DNA of 64,000 nt from Paramecium tetraurelia (lineage: Eukaryota), in contig CT868660.1 of assembly GCA_000165425.1 (NCBI GenBank), positions 372,001 through 436,000 on the forward strand. The letters are read 5' to 3'. Below the pieces are notes generated by a model. It was given only the letters and a program-made list of their open reading frames with translations. It searched no databases and was not told the origin of the DNA. Positions 13,122-24,543 of this stretch are shown one piece after another. Every line of letters begins with the position of its first letter. Within the stretch, counting starts at the first letter, position 1. Both the position numbers and the translations under genes were made by a program.

Positions 13122-13965
13122 ATGAATATTAATCAAAATTTACAAATCTCTCCATTTCAAACTTCAAATCAATATCCATCAAGAATGTAAAGCTGTTTAT
13201 GTATTAATCTCAAGGACTATCATCGATTAGATCTCCCCCATTAAAGATATCATACCACAATTCCCAAATAGACCAAGTCAAAATTAAACAAGAAATAGTG
13301 CCAGAGAAAAACCTTAATTAATTACAACCAAATCGCAAACTTGTATTTAAAGTGAAACTAACAAAATTAAAAAAAAGTCCATCTTATTAGAAGATGATGA
13401 AGAAGAACCTACCAATAACATCTCTAAAGCTATTAATCTCTTGGATTCATTGAAACTCAAATACGATAATGTTCTTGAATCGAAAATTGAAACTATTATC
13501 AGCATCCTTAGAGCATAGGTCTTCGATAAAGAAAACCGTCATCCTGATTAAGAGTTAATATAGTCAATAACCTCTTTATAATTGGCCAATAAAAAGCTTC
13601 AAAATGAATTACAATTCAAAAAAAATTCAATTTTTGAGTTAGAATCTTCTATCAACAAACTAAATAATTAGATTAAGTAGCTATCGTAACACAACTAAGA
13701 CCTAACTAATGATAATTAGAAACTCATGTAGTAATTAAAGTAAAAAGAATTGAAACAAGCAAAAATTCCTGCGTTTTAAGCACAAGACCATTTATCAAAT
13801 ATTGAGATTGTGCCTCAATTTTAATACGATTAACAATTTTATTTAAAGAATACAGGGCAAACCATTCTCAAACAGAGAATAGAATCAATAAGTATGATGT
13901 TAAAATTAAAGGTTAGTTATGCCCTATTCAAGGAGGGATTTAGAATAACCCTTAAGAGTGAATGA
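13122..13965 (+). CDS. Hypothetical coiled-coil protein
   Basis: ATG 13122, one 28-nt intron, heptad-like Q/E/K/L-rich region, TGA 13963-13965. Confidence 0.65.
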
Positions 13966-14103
13966 TAGCAAACAATAAAAAAAATAAATTAATAGTCTCG
14001 TTTAAAGCAATAAATATTTGGAAATCAAGAACTAAAACACAAGTAAATTGTATGAAAAATAATTAATCTCTATTTGAAATTGTTATTTATTTAATATGAC
14101 ATA

Positions 14104-14699
14104 TCATTTCATATTATTAGCAGCCAATTATTATTCTGCTGATTTTAACAAAGTTTTTCCTTATACATTATCTTGTTTAATTACAAAGTTATCTTTTCCT
14201 GTGTTAGAATTTATAAAATTAATTTCTTATTGAGTAAACTAAATAATTAAATCATAATTTACAGGTATTCCAATATCTTGCAATTAATTCAAACAATTCA
14301 GAGTTTCTTTCACATATTAAGCTTAATTTATTCTTTAAAGTGTATAGTCTTAATCCAATTTCTTAATCTTCTCTCTTATTTATGTGCCTTATGATGACGA
14401 CATAAGATGTTTGATTTCTTCAGCATTAAATGAATTTTTAATTGCAGCTCTTAATTGTTCCTACTATTATTAAATTGCATTCTTCAGTGTTAAATCACCC
14501 TGTTCTATTTCTTATAACTTAGTTTAGAATATCTCCAATTCCTATAATGTGTCATTTTTCATTTATCTATAATTGTAAAAGAGTGAACATACTTGTATTC
14601 TTCTGGATCTAATTCATTTTTATATTCCTCTAAATCTTTTAGTTATTCTAGCAACCTCTTTAATTGTTATTCAATATTTTCTAATATCTTTTTATCCAT
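14104..14699 (-). CDS. LZIC: LZIC (leucine zipper and ICAT/CTNNBIP1-like domain protein)
   Basis: NIEQQLKRLLEQLKDLEEYKNELDPEEY..KNDTLQEL..F...GDLTL...LRAAI.NSF mirrors LZIC [28 protein letters not shown]; two tiny introns. Confidence 0.85.
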
Positions 14700-14745
14700 T
14701 TGTTTAAAGAATATTAATCTTAAATATATAATTTTAATTCATAAT

Positions 14746-15750
14746 TCATTTTTAAGGTTCTAAAGAAATAGATCGCTATTCCAATTATTCATCATTTTAC
14801 TAATTTTCATCAGGATCTACTAATTCTCCTATCTCTCTGCCATCCGTGGATTACTACTGTTAAACTTCCTATTATGAATTCGAATCCAATTATTATTGAA
14901 TCTCAGAAGACTCTTAAATAAGAATAGTGCTTTTCTTTTCGCTAACCTATAAAGGACATTGATTCTTATCTGAGGATTCTGTATGTTGATTTACAATGAC
15001 TTTTTTACTGTCGGAGTGGGTAAAGTTGATGATTGTATTCTTGCTTGGTTATTAAACTGGAGGATCCGATTATTTTTATTCTTCAACAATTACATAACTG
15101 TGTTACTTGTTGGAATCTGTGTATTTAGGATTCCGAAGCAGTATTCTCTTAATCAATTGAGCTCTTTCTACATTGTCTTTTCCAGGAGCATAGAATTTAA
15201 TATCTGTATTATTTTCATGACCAACTATGCAACTTTCCAAGAAGTTCATAAAGAGTAGGGGAGCTGCCAATTTGAATTGGTCGTATTAGTAGAAATCTGA
15301 GATAGGAACAACCCCATCTGCTCTAGGTTTCCATTTAACTTCAAATACGCAATCTTCATTTGTTAACATCAAATGCACACTATCTATTTCATCACATTTT
15401 TGAGGGTAAGAACTACAAAATTTCTATGCCATTTCTTTTTATTTGTTTAAGAGAAGTTCTTCAGAAAAACTAGGATGTTTGAGACTTTGTTGCACCTATT
15501 ACAATATCGGTAATTGTGAAGCTGCGTTTTTAAGATTTTTTTATTTTTACTCTTAACTGGATTGCTAATTTTAAAGGAATTCCTCTAACATTGAACGTCT
15601 AACATTTTCTTCATATTCCCAAGTAGTTTATTCAGACCCTTTCCATTTCATTAAGTACTATGTTTAATTGTTGAGTATTCTTTTTTTCAGAATTCTTTCT
15701 GGAGATCGTGGAGTTATCAATTAATAATCCTATTATTTAGTTGGACGCAT
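14746..15750 (-). CDS. HP1-like protein (chromodomain + chromoshadow-like domain + acidic/Q-rich tail)
   Basis: Intronless 334 aa; PERILKKRILNNQTQYLMKWKGSEQTTWEYEENV...EEF (chromo); FEVKWKPRADG...FKLAAPLLFMNFLE (chromoshadow-like). Confidence 0.8.
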
Positions 15751-16230
15751 TTTTGTAATTATTATTTAATCAATTGATTTCAAGCTACTGAAATTTAAAT
15801 CCTAAAAGTGCCAAAAATTCGCATCCAATTCTCAAAATAAACTATACCATTATAAAATATTATATAAAAAAATAACTTTAATGTATAATTTTATATTTTA
15901 TCTTATGATGTTATTTTATTACATCCGAAATTATCTTGGTATTAGAAAATCAATAGCTTATAAATGACACTAAATCAAAAAAAAATTAAATTGAAATTAA
16001 AATCGATTATATTAAACAAAAATACATTCTATCAACATTACAATAATCAAATATTTTTAAATGATTTTTATTTAACTGTAAACTTCTCAGATCTTAATTA
16101 TAATCAATTAGAGAGAGATGTGGGAAAGACTAATAAAGAAAGTAGTTCCAAGATATCAGGAAACTATGGTAAATAATAAAGAAAATAATTTTGGTTTTTG
16201 ATGAATATTTAAGGAAAAAAAATTATTATT

Positions 16231-17291
16231 TCATGAATTATTTTCGTCATTTTCTTCTTTCATCTTTTCGATAAGCAAATTCCATTCCTCCAATTACTTT
16301 GGATCTGGCTATTTCTAATGCTCTATCATTTTAAAGCATTCATCTTTTGGCCTTATCTGTTATTACTATTAGTGTTGTTGTTATGATTTCTATTGTTTCC
16401 TCTCCTATTTCTCCTGATCTGGAGATATTCCTAAATCTCCCAATCTATTAGCTTTCTTAGATCCACCTACTTTCTTACGATGTTGATGTAATTTCATATA
16501 TTCTTCCAATGCCTTTCTTTCCCTTATATAAGTTAATTCCTATTATTTTCTTATTTTGCAAAACTCTTATAATTAATGTGTGTTCATCCATTGTCTTGTA
16601 ATTATCTTTCTCTTATTTAACCCTTTATCATCTATAGGTTCCACCTACACATTCTATTCCAAATCAAATACGTATTGTTTGTTATTTACATACATTATAA
16701 TAAGAGGCTTCAATTATTTAAATTATTTTACTTCTCCTTTAACCATCAAATCTTCCAATTAATTTTATATCACTTTTTCATATTGAATCCACGTTTACCC
16801 ATTATAATAAGACCATTTACCTTGCTATATTTTAATTTGTCTGGACACTATGGATGATTCTCTCCTAATTTTATAATAACTAATTTAATGATGCATGACC
16901 ATGTGATCATAATCAACTATAAACTGCATGTCCTTGAAAATGATCTGGAACTCTCCTTGATTGCAGTAATGAAGCATATTCTCTAGGAGATTGCATCTTC
17001 TCCAATCAAATATTTTCCATTTCCCATCTTCATCCAGGTAAAACCAATCAACATCATGATGTGGGGGTGGAAATGTGCTGATGGTCGGCATCTGCTGGGG
17101 CCTATATAAATAAATAAATAATTGTGTTCGTAATAATACATATCAATAAGTGAAGGTGTAAATGTATATTAAGGCTATAAAAATAAGTATTATAATAATA
17201 TACTTGGAAATCTATATAGCGTATAATATATAAATATAAACTTACATTATGGTTGCACTATTTGAGGAACATTGAATTAGTACATACTCAT
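16231..17291 (-). CDS. Tandem WWE-domain protein
   Basis: WFYLDEDGKWKIFD...LE...FIVDYDHM and WSYYNGQTWIQYE...LE...YVFDLEQNVQ; 5' exon structure inferred. Confidence 0.75.
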
Positions 17292-18290
17292 TCTTGCGCT
17301 CAATTATTTAATAAATTATTATTTGAATTATAGAGAAAGAATATATACATTAGTATTTAATAATATCAATATATTTACGATATAAATCTATTTGAAATAT
17401 AATACATGCAATTCAATTAAGTTGTAATTTCTCTATCCATTTTAATTAATCGTGATATATATTGAATAATTGAAAGACTTCAATCCTATCACTCTTATAA
17501 ATAAACTCCTTAACTCATTCTTTTTCAAAATTATCTTAATTAGATTTATAATAAAATTTGAATTATGGTTAGCTAACATTTCATTACAGATTTTATAAAT
17601 TGAGTTTATGATCTTTCAAGAGCAAAGCCAAATCTAAAGATAAATTATTATATTTATATTTTAATTTTTCTTTTGATATTTTGATATGCTATTTTTTCAT
17701 TCTTAATCTAATACTGAAGTAAAGATCAAGGTTCTTGAAAATAATTAAAGATTAGCATAATCTAGAAATTTCTGAGGAGAAATTACTGTTTGTAAATTTC
17801 ATTTTTTATTCCAAAATTGAACATTCTTTAAAGATTTATATAAAATTTATAATCTAATATTTTAGTTTTAATTAAGTTGCTTAATATTCTATTTAATTCC
17901 TTACTTAATATTAAACAAAATAAACTAAATACTTAATATACTTCTTATTTATTGTTAAAATAATTAGATGAGAAAGATATTATTAACAAATCTTTTCTTA
18001 TGTTAAATGATAGTCATGATTTTATTTACTTATTGAATAAATATAATGAGAGAATACTATTGAATTAAATTAAAGTAGAAATCTTATTAGTAAACTTTGA
18101 TATTATATATTAATTATTTAATTAATAACTTGCCAGAATTATAAATATTTATTTAAAAAATGTTGAACTTTAATGCAAATAGAATTAGTAATCCCTAATG
18201 AATATACCAAAAATCACATAAGGATAGTTGTCATTTCATTTGAGACTGATTTAATAAAAGATAATATTTATTTTTTGTATTAAACATTAA

Positions 18291-19013
18291 TCAACCTCCC
18301 AAAAGAAAGTTTGCTGCTTATTCTTCATCATATCCAAATCTAAGAAGAGCTTCCTATTTCACTTAAATACTATTAATTACCCTAACTTTGCCTACTTCAA
18401 ACCCTAAATTGACTAAATTTTACACCTTCTCCTCTTACTTATTTTTTGAAGCATAATTTTATGTCCATTCTCTAAGAAATTAGTAAATACATACTTTGCT
18501 GTTTTAACAAATAAATCTTTTTAGGTTTTGTATTGATTGGCTACTACAGCATCTTATGGGGAATCTAATTTAAGTTTTAGAAAATTCATTACCTGGTTAT
18601 GGATCACACAATAATGCCTAAAGTGATAACAAAGCTGTACGTATAGAAAGCGCAGGTGACCACTCATCTTTTAATATATCCAAACAAATAGCCCCAGTTT
18701 AACTAGATATAGTGATGAAAATTACGAAGAGATGTTGGGATGCCAAATACGAGTGTCGAACTTCATTTTTGGAGGTTTGTATGGATATTCTTGAGGAATC
18801 ACTATGTCAACCTAAAAGTAACCATTAGCGTAAGGTGTATCAGATGGTCCATTTATAAAGCCTTTCCAATGAGTAATATTTTAATCAACCAACAAAATTG
18901 AAATTCCAGAATCTTCTCCCTAAGAAAAATAAATATTAACATATTACTTTTTTTTATCTTTCGTTGAAGTCCTGCAATTCTTTATTCAATCTATTTGTTT
19001 AAGTTTTTTACAT
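18291..19013 (-). CDS. UBE2K: Ubiquitin-conjugating enzyme E2, UBE2K/Ubc1 type with C-terminal UBA
   Basis: [45 protein letters not shown]; C-terminal LGFE..V.EALLRFGYDEEQAANFLL. Confidence 0.9.
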
Positions 19014-19438
19014 TGAAAAATAATTAAATAATGAATTTAGTAAATATAGTCATAAAATCCATTTAATTAATAGAAACCCCACTTTTTGGGATAACAGTAT
19101 TCTTAAAAATTAACATTTTACTGATTGTTGAATGATTATAGTTTAATTGTATTATCAATAATAGTTAAATTTATAATATGATCTTAGGAGTTTTATAGAA
19201 TAGTTTGAATATTATAATTTCTAGCCTATTTGCATTTATTGTTTAAAATATATTTTTCTATTAAGCATATAAGTTTCAATATAATTTTAAGCTTCGATAG
19301 ATAAAATTTAAATGACATGGAGTAGAGGTTGTTAAAAAATAAAAATACTCTAAAATTTAGAAGGATACCTTTCTAAAAATTCAGATTTTTTAGGATAGTA
19401 TATTATAAACCAACTCAATTAATTTTCAATTAATTAAA

Positions 19439-20331
19439 ATGTCTATTGAATATGTGCTTTTAGTGAAACAATAGTAAGTTTGCCTATTCAAGATTCCTCC
19501 GGTCAGCACCATCAAGGGGCACTATTTGGATGATTGGAAAGAGATGTTTTGGGAAGGTAAAATAAAACTTCTAATTAATAGGGGGAATCAAATTAACAGA
19601 AAAAGGGGGGTTATTGACTTTATATTTCATTGACAAAAATACTTCAGCAGTCCAAACCTTCGTAAATTTACCAGATAACCCATATTTGGCAATTGAGAAA
19701 ACAGTTGATAGTTAAAGGCAATATATTAATTTTGATTATTAGAGGATACGCAGTAAGGTTAGTAACTCCAACTGGAGGTCACTAATGGGTTGGGTGTGTG
19801 TTTAGAGATAGAAATGATGCTTTTGATTTCAACGAAAAGATATTGAAATTTATTTCAGATAGAGAGATGGAAAGAAATCCAGAGAAATTTAAAAATGAAT
19901 TCCAACCTACATAAGATTTTAGTTTGAAATAAGGATAGAAAATCCAAATATCCTTGGGAGAAGGAAATGAATAAAAGAAGTAAACATAATAAAAAGGGGA
20001 AGCCAATTTGTCTTAATTTAAATTTGCACCTCCACCTGATGCAGGTGATTTTGGTTAATTTTCATAACCAGTTAAATAACAACCAACTTAAACAGTGTAA
20101 AATAGTTGGGGTAATTTTGATTTCAACTCTTGGAATCAACCAAGTGTACCATAGTAGAATGCATTCTAACAGGCTCCTCCACAATAATAATAATAATTTG
20201 GATTTGGATAACAAAATCAATCATAGCCTCAATAATAATTTAATCCCTAGCCTTAGGCATTTACAATTTAATCATAACCATAATAATAAAATTAAGCAAA
20301 GACAAAGGAATTGAATTTATTGGATATATGA
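19439..20331 (+). CDS. NECAP: NECAP (adaptin ear-binding coat-associated protein)
   Basis: LFKIPP, DDW...WEG, TVDSQRGYAVR, FRDRNDAFDFN; WGNF motif in the tail; needs a GC-AG intron. Confidence 0.85.
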
Positions 20332-20361
20332 ATGCACATAATTAAACATATTATTATTATA

Positions 20362-21291
20362 TCATTCGATAATTTCCATTTCCTATCCAACTTCAGTTAA
20401 TTCTTATTTTTCAATATTAAACTAATATTTTTTAAGAGCAGCTAAGAATAATCTATAAAAAATGATACGTGTGTTGTTGATTGGAAAATCATAAGGTACT
20501 TGCCTTTAATATGACTTCGCATTGTATTATCTAATGTTTCTTTTATAGTCCACACCATCCTTAGTAATGGCAACAACATCTACATTGCTTCCAGATCTGG
20601 AAATCAATAGAAATATCAATATACCCCATATCATGGAAAATACCAGCTTCGATGGCTTCGATAGCAAGATCAATAGCTTACTATTTTGTAAGTCCATCCT
20701 AAAACTTGGCTTCTAAAATACCCAAAGCAGCAAGTGATCCACTTCCCATAGATTGGAATGGATGATAAACATAACTATATTAATAAGTATGGTTTACTTT
20801 CCATGAGGAGAAACAGACGCTAATTAAGGTCCATTGCAATCAATTCCTCCAATAATCAAAGCAACTCCAATATGGCCTCTATAAGGAAAGAGCTTAGAAG
20901 TAAGTTTAGTGATGACTTCATTGACTCTGCTTTATCTATTTAAATTTAGTCTTTAGAGTTTAAGTTTAGCATTAAAATGTGCGCATTAATGATGCAAATC
21001 AGCAGCTGTACCAGCTCCAGCAGCCCAGATATTTGGGGCTAGAGTGTGTAATTTCTCACAGTTTTTATCAGCAACTATTGATCCTGCTGTAGCCCTAGTA
21101 TCAGCAGCCATCACAACTCCACCATCAAATAAAACACCTACAATTGTTGTTCCTGTTTTTGTGAATGGCATTTCTTTAAATCCTTAGGCTTTCATTAATT
21201 CATTTCTTTAATTATAATATCATCTTTACCTTTTCACATTTGTATAATCATAGCCACCTTTGGATTGAAGATAATTGTCCAAGTATTACAT
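20362..21291 (-). CDS. PSMB7: 20S proteasome subunit beta type-2 (trypsin-like, PSMB7/Pup1)
   Basis: [10 protein letters not shown]...[43 protein letters not shown]. Confidence 0.93.
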
Positions 21292-21338
21292 ATTTATAAT
21301 ATTTAAATTTAATTATTATTATTATTCAGATTAGGATA

Positions 21339-22802
21339 ATGGAAGAACAATTATAATAAATATTCAATTCTAAATACAAAAACAAAACACTCTACAATCA
21401 TTTTTGTGAGTTGCACTATCAGATGCAGGAGAATAAATATTATAATGCGAAGAGTATATATATATATTAATTTAATTAGATTTAGCAGATTTCGAAGATT
21501 TGAGTAATTTTATTAAGGAGAACAGATTTTATCATGTAGCACTCAAATCTGCTGATGAAGTTAATAATTTAAAAGATCAAGCTTTCCCATGGTAAGAATA
21601 TTGTGCAAAATTAATGTAACTTATGCAATTCAAAGCTAAATAAATAAATGCCAACATCTAGAACTTTTTAAAATTAAATACCTTATTGAATATAGTTGGG
21701 TATGGAGTCCATGATGAAGATGCATACGTAATACAGCAATGCCTTAAACAAATTGCATAAAGAGATCCAAATATTTCAAGCGTACGTTTTTGGGGAAAAA
21801 TACTTGCACAACAAAAGGATTACTTTGTTATTGAAGTTACACTAAATAAACAAATAAAAGAACCCTAACCTCCTGATTGTGATGAAAAACTGAATGAATA
21901 TGTTCATTATGTTACTTAAGATCGTAATACTTATAGCATAATTAATTAGTTTTGGAAGATTGGGCCTTGTTGCCATAAGTAACACGTAATTAGATGGAAG
22001 CCAGTAGATATATTACTTATATATTCAGCGGAAATCTAAATAAAAACATTACATAATATCCATATTTTGAAGGGAAAGAAAAACATCTATTGAAAGCTTA
22101 GATATTAAGAATTACACATGCCAACCTATTAGCTCCTAGAGGGTTGTATAAATATGAAGATGAAACAAAAACAATAGGATTTGAAGAAGAATTCAAGATG
22201 CCTGAATCAACTGAATTGGCAACTATGGATGCATGGGTTCATTTGCCTGCTTATATTTTAAAATAAGGAAGAATAACATTCTATGAGGATCCTTCTTTAA
22301 AGGAAGAAGAATTGAATTAGATGAAGGAGTCTGATCCTGAATAAGAGAGATTAAAATCTATTAAGGATGATAAACGTAATGATTGATTACTACTATATAG
22401 CATTTGAGTAGAATGATGGTAATTGGTTGATTAAAATTTTTGGAGAAACATAATAATATACCGGCAATTCAGATGATTAATAACCTTTAAGTTATTAAGT
22501 AGTATTGTTAAGAAACTTTTTGTGGCCTGGAGCAGTGACTGTTAGCAATGTATATATTTAATCGTATAACATCTAAGACAAATGAATACATAAGTGTTTA
22601 CTTTGGATATGGATTAAAGAATCAATAGCATTCCTTTAATCCTTTAGCCCCAAAGGATGTGCAAGAGGATCCTGAAGACATTGATGAAGTTCCTGAACCA
22701 AATCCCAGAGAGTAGCCAGACGAGTTGGAACCAGATAGTGATGATGAAAGAAGAAGAGAATAGGAGAGAAGGGAAGCTGAATTGCAATAGTAATAAGAAT
22801 GA
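21339..22802 (+). CDS. Radial spoke head protein RSPH4/6-like
   Basis: VRFWGKIL..QKDYFVIE, W.LLP.VT, LKAQILRITHA..LAP.G.Y, WVH....LKQGR, RNFLWPGA, YFGYGLK. Confidence 0.88.
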
Positions 22803-22860
22803 TATATTTATAATATATTGTTGTTTTTTATTTAAAAAAGCTCTTGGATTTGCTGTTCTT

Positions 22861-24521
22861 TCAATTATTTTATTATTGTTGTTATTGTTGTTGTTATTAT
22901 ACTTATGTTTGGTCCTCTTGCTTTCCAAAATTCATGATGTAGAAATGTTCATTGCGTCTGAAATAATAGTTCATAATTACTTAAGCCCAATGTTTCCTCC
23001 TAAGATCCACAATTATTCGCCATTGTAAATATCTGCAGCATGAAAATATCTGGGAGAAGGCATTTAACCATATTAAGTAGGTGTAATCCATGTATTTGTT
23101 ATGAAATCGAATAAATGTAGATCATTCAGTCTATTAGATTTGCTATTTCTACCGCCGAAAATACAAATTTTAGATTTGATCAAATTGGTTGTATGGCCAT
23201 ATCTTGGTTCAGGAGCAACCCCTTGAGTTTGGATCTATTGCCATTAAACACTATCAAAGTTCAGCACCCATATATCATTAAAATATTCGTCTTAATTCTT
23301 CCCACAAAATATGTACATCTTCTCATTAACTTAGATTGCAGTATGTCCATATCGCGGTGAAGGTTAATTGTTAACATTCAGTTTCACCCATTGCATGTTC
23401 TAAATGTTCATATAATAGACATCATTGTATATCAATTCAACTTCAAGATCAGGGGATAAATAATATCCACCAAAAAGTATTACTAATTCTTCTTAAGCAT
23501 AAAATGTTAGACTAGCTCTTTCTCTCTCAGTCCATTTCTTATCAGTTTTAGCCAAATACCAAGTTTTGGCTGATGTCACATACACAAAATGGTCATTCAA
23601 GATATTATGTTCATCTACACCACCAAAAAATAATATTTTATCTCCATATGCTACTGCATTATGATATGCTCTTGGTCTTGGCATTTCTCCTTCAGTTTCT
23701 TCCAAATTCAATTAATGATCTCCGAATGTTAGTTTATACATTTCATTTCTACTTGGAGCCCCACCAAATATGTAGAATTAATTCCCAATACTTGTCATTG
23801 TATGTCCATAAATGTGATCAAAAGTATGATACAATAAGTCATGTTTGGTCCAATAAACATTATTGAAATCTAGTTCTTATGATTCCGTTCTATTTATTAA
23901 AACAACCATAATGTTATTTTTCCTTCCAAATGAGTTCATTATGGTAGGCTGGCAACTATCATGAAAGTATTGACTTCCCCTTTTAAATATGAATTCATAA
24001 CGTCCTTCTTGTAAATTCACATACGTATAATATTCATCGCATAGTTTGAATTAGTTATATCGCTTTTATAATTTGATTGGTTAACTCCAATTATCCCATG
24101 ATCCAATCACTTCCTCAGCTACCTCAAACAGTCTTATCAAAGGTTTTGCGTTTGATTCAAAGATCTGATATGCTCTTTTAGGAAGCACTTGTATCTGTAA
24201 TCATTATAACTTTTACCATATTATTATATGATCCATGATTGTCATTCACAGTCTCTTGATTCTACAGATATCTCCATTAATTATCTACTAAGAACTTATA
24301 TTCATATTGTCCAACTGCCAAATTTAAAGTGCATTTATTTCCAATTAATTTAGTCCCCACTTAGAAGAGATTCCATGATCCAAATAACAATACCTCTTTA
24401 CCTTCTTATGGCCTATTGAATATTCACAATAATACCAAACAAATTTGACTGGTTAAGCAGCACAAGGCTATCTAGGGTGTATATTTCCACAATCTTCACA
24501 TCGATTCAGATTAATATTCAT
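22861..24521 (-). CDS. Protein with two AMPK-beta-type CBM48 glycogen-binding-like domains followed by kelch repeats
   Basis: FVWPQEGKEVLLFGSWN...GQYEYKFLVDNQWRY...GSYNN; second GSWDNW...GRYEF...FGRKNN; kelch repeats GHTMT..IFGG, PRAYH..FGG, PRYGHT, PRYFH. Confidence 0.85.
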
Positions 24522-24543
24522 TAAATTATATAAATATATAAAA

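Noticed and set aside
6626..15750. Helicase, CK1 and HP1-like genes as an operon-like silencing cluster
   Set aside because: No sequence evidence of co-regulation; proximity is expected at this gene density.
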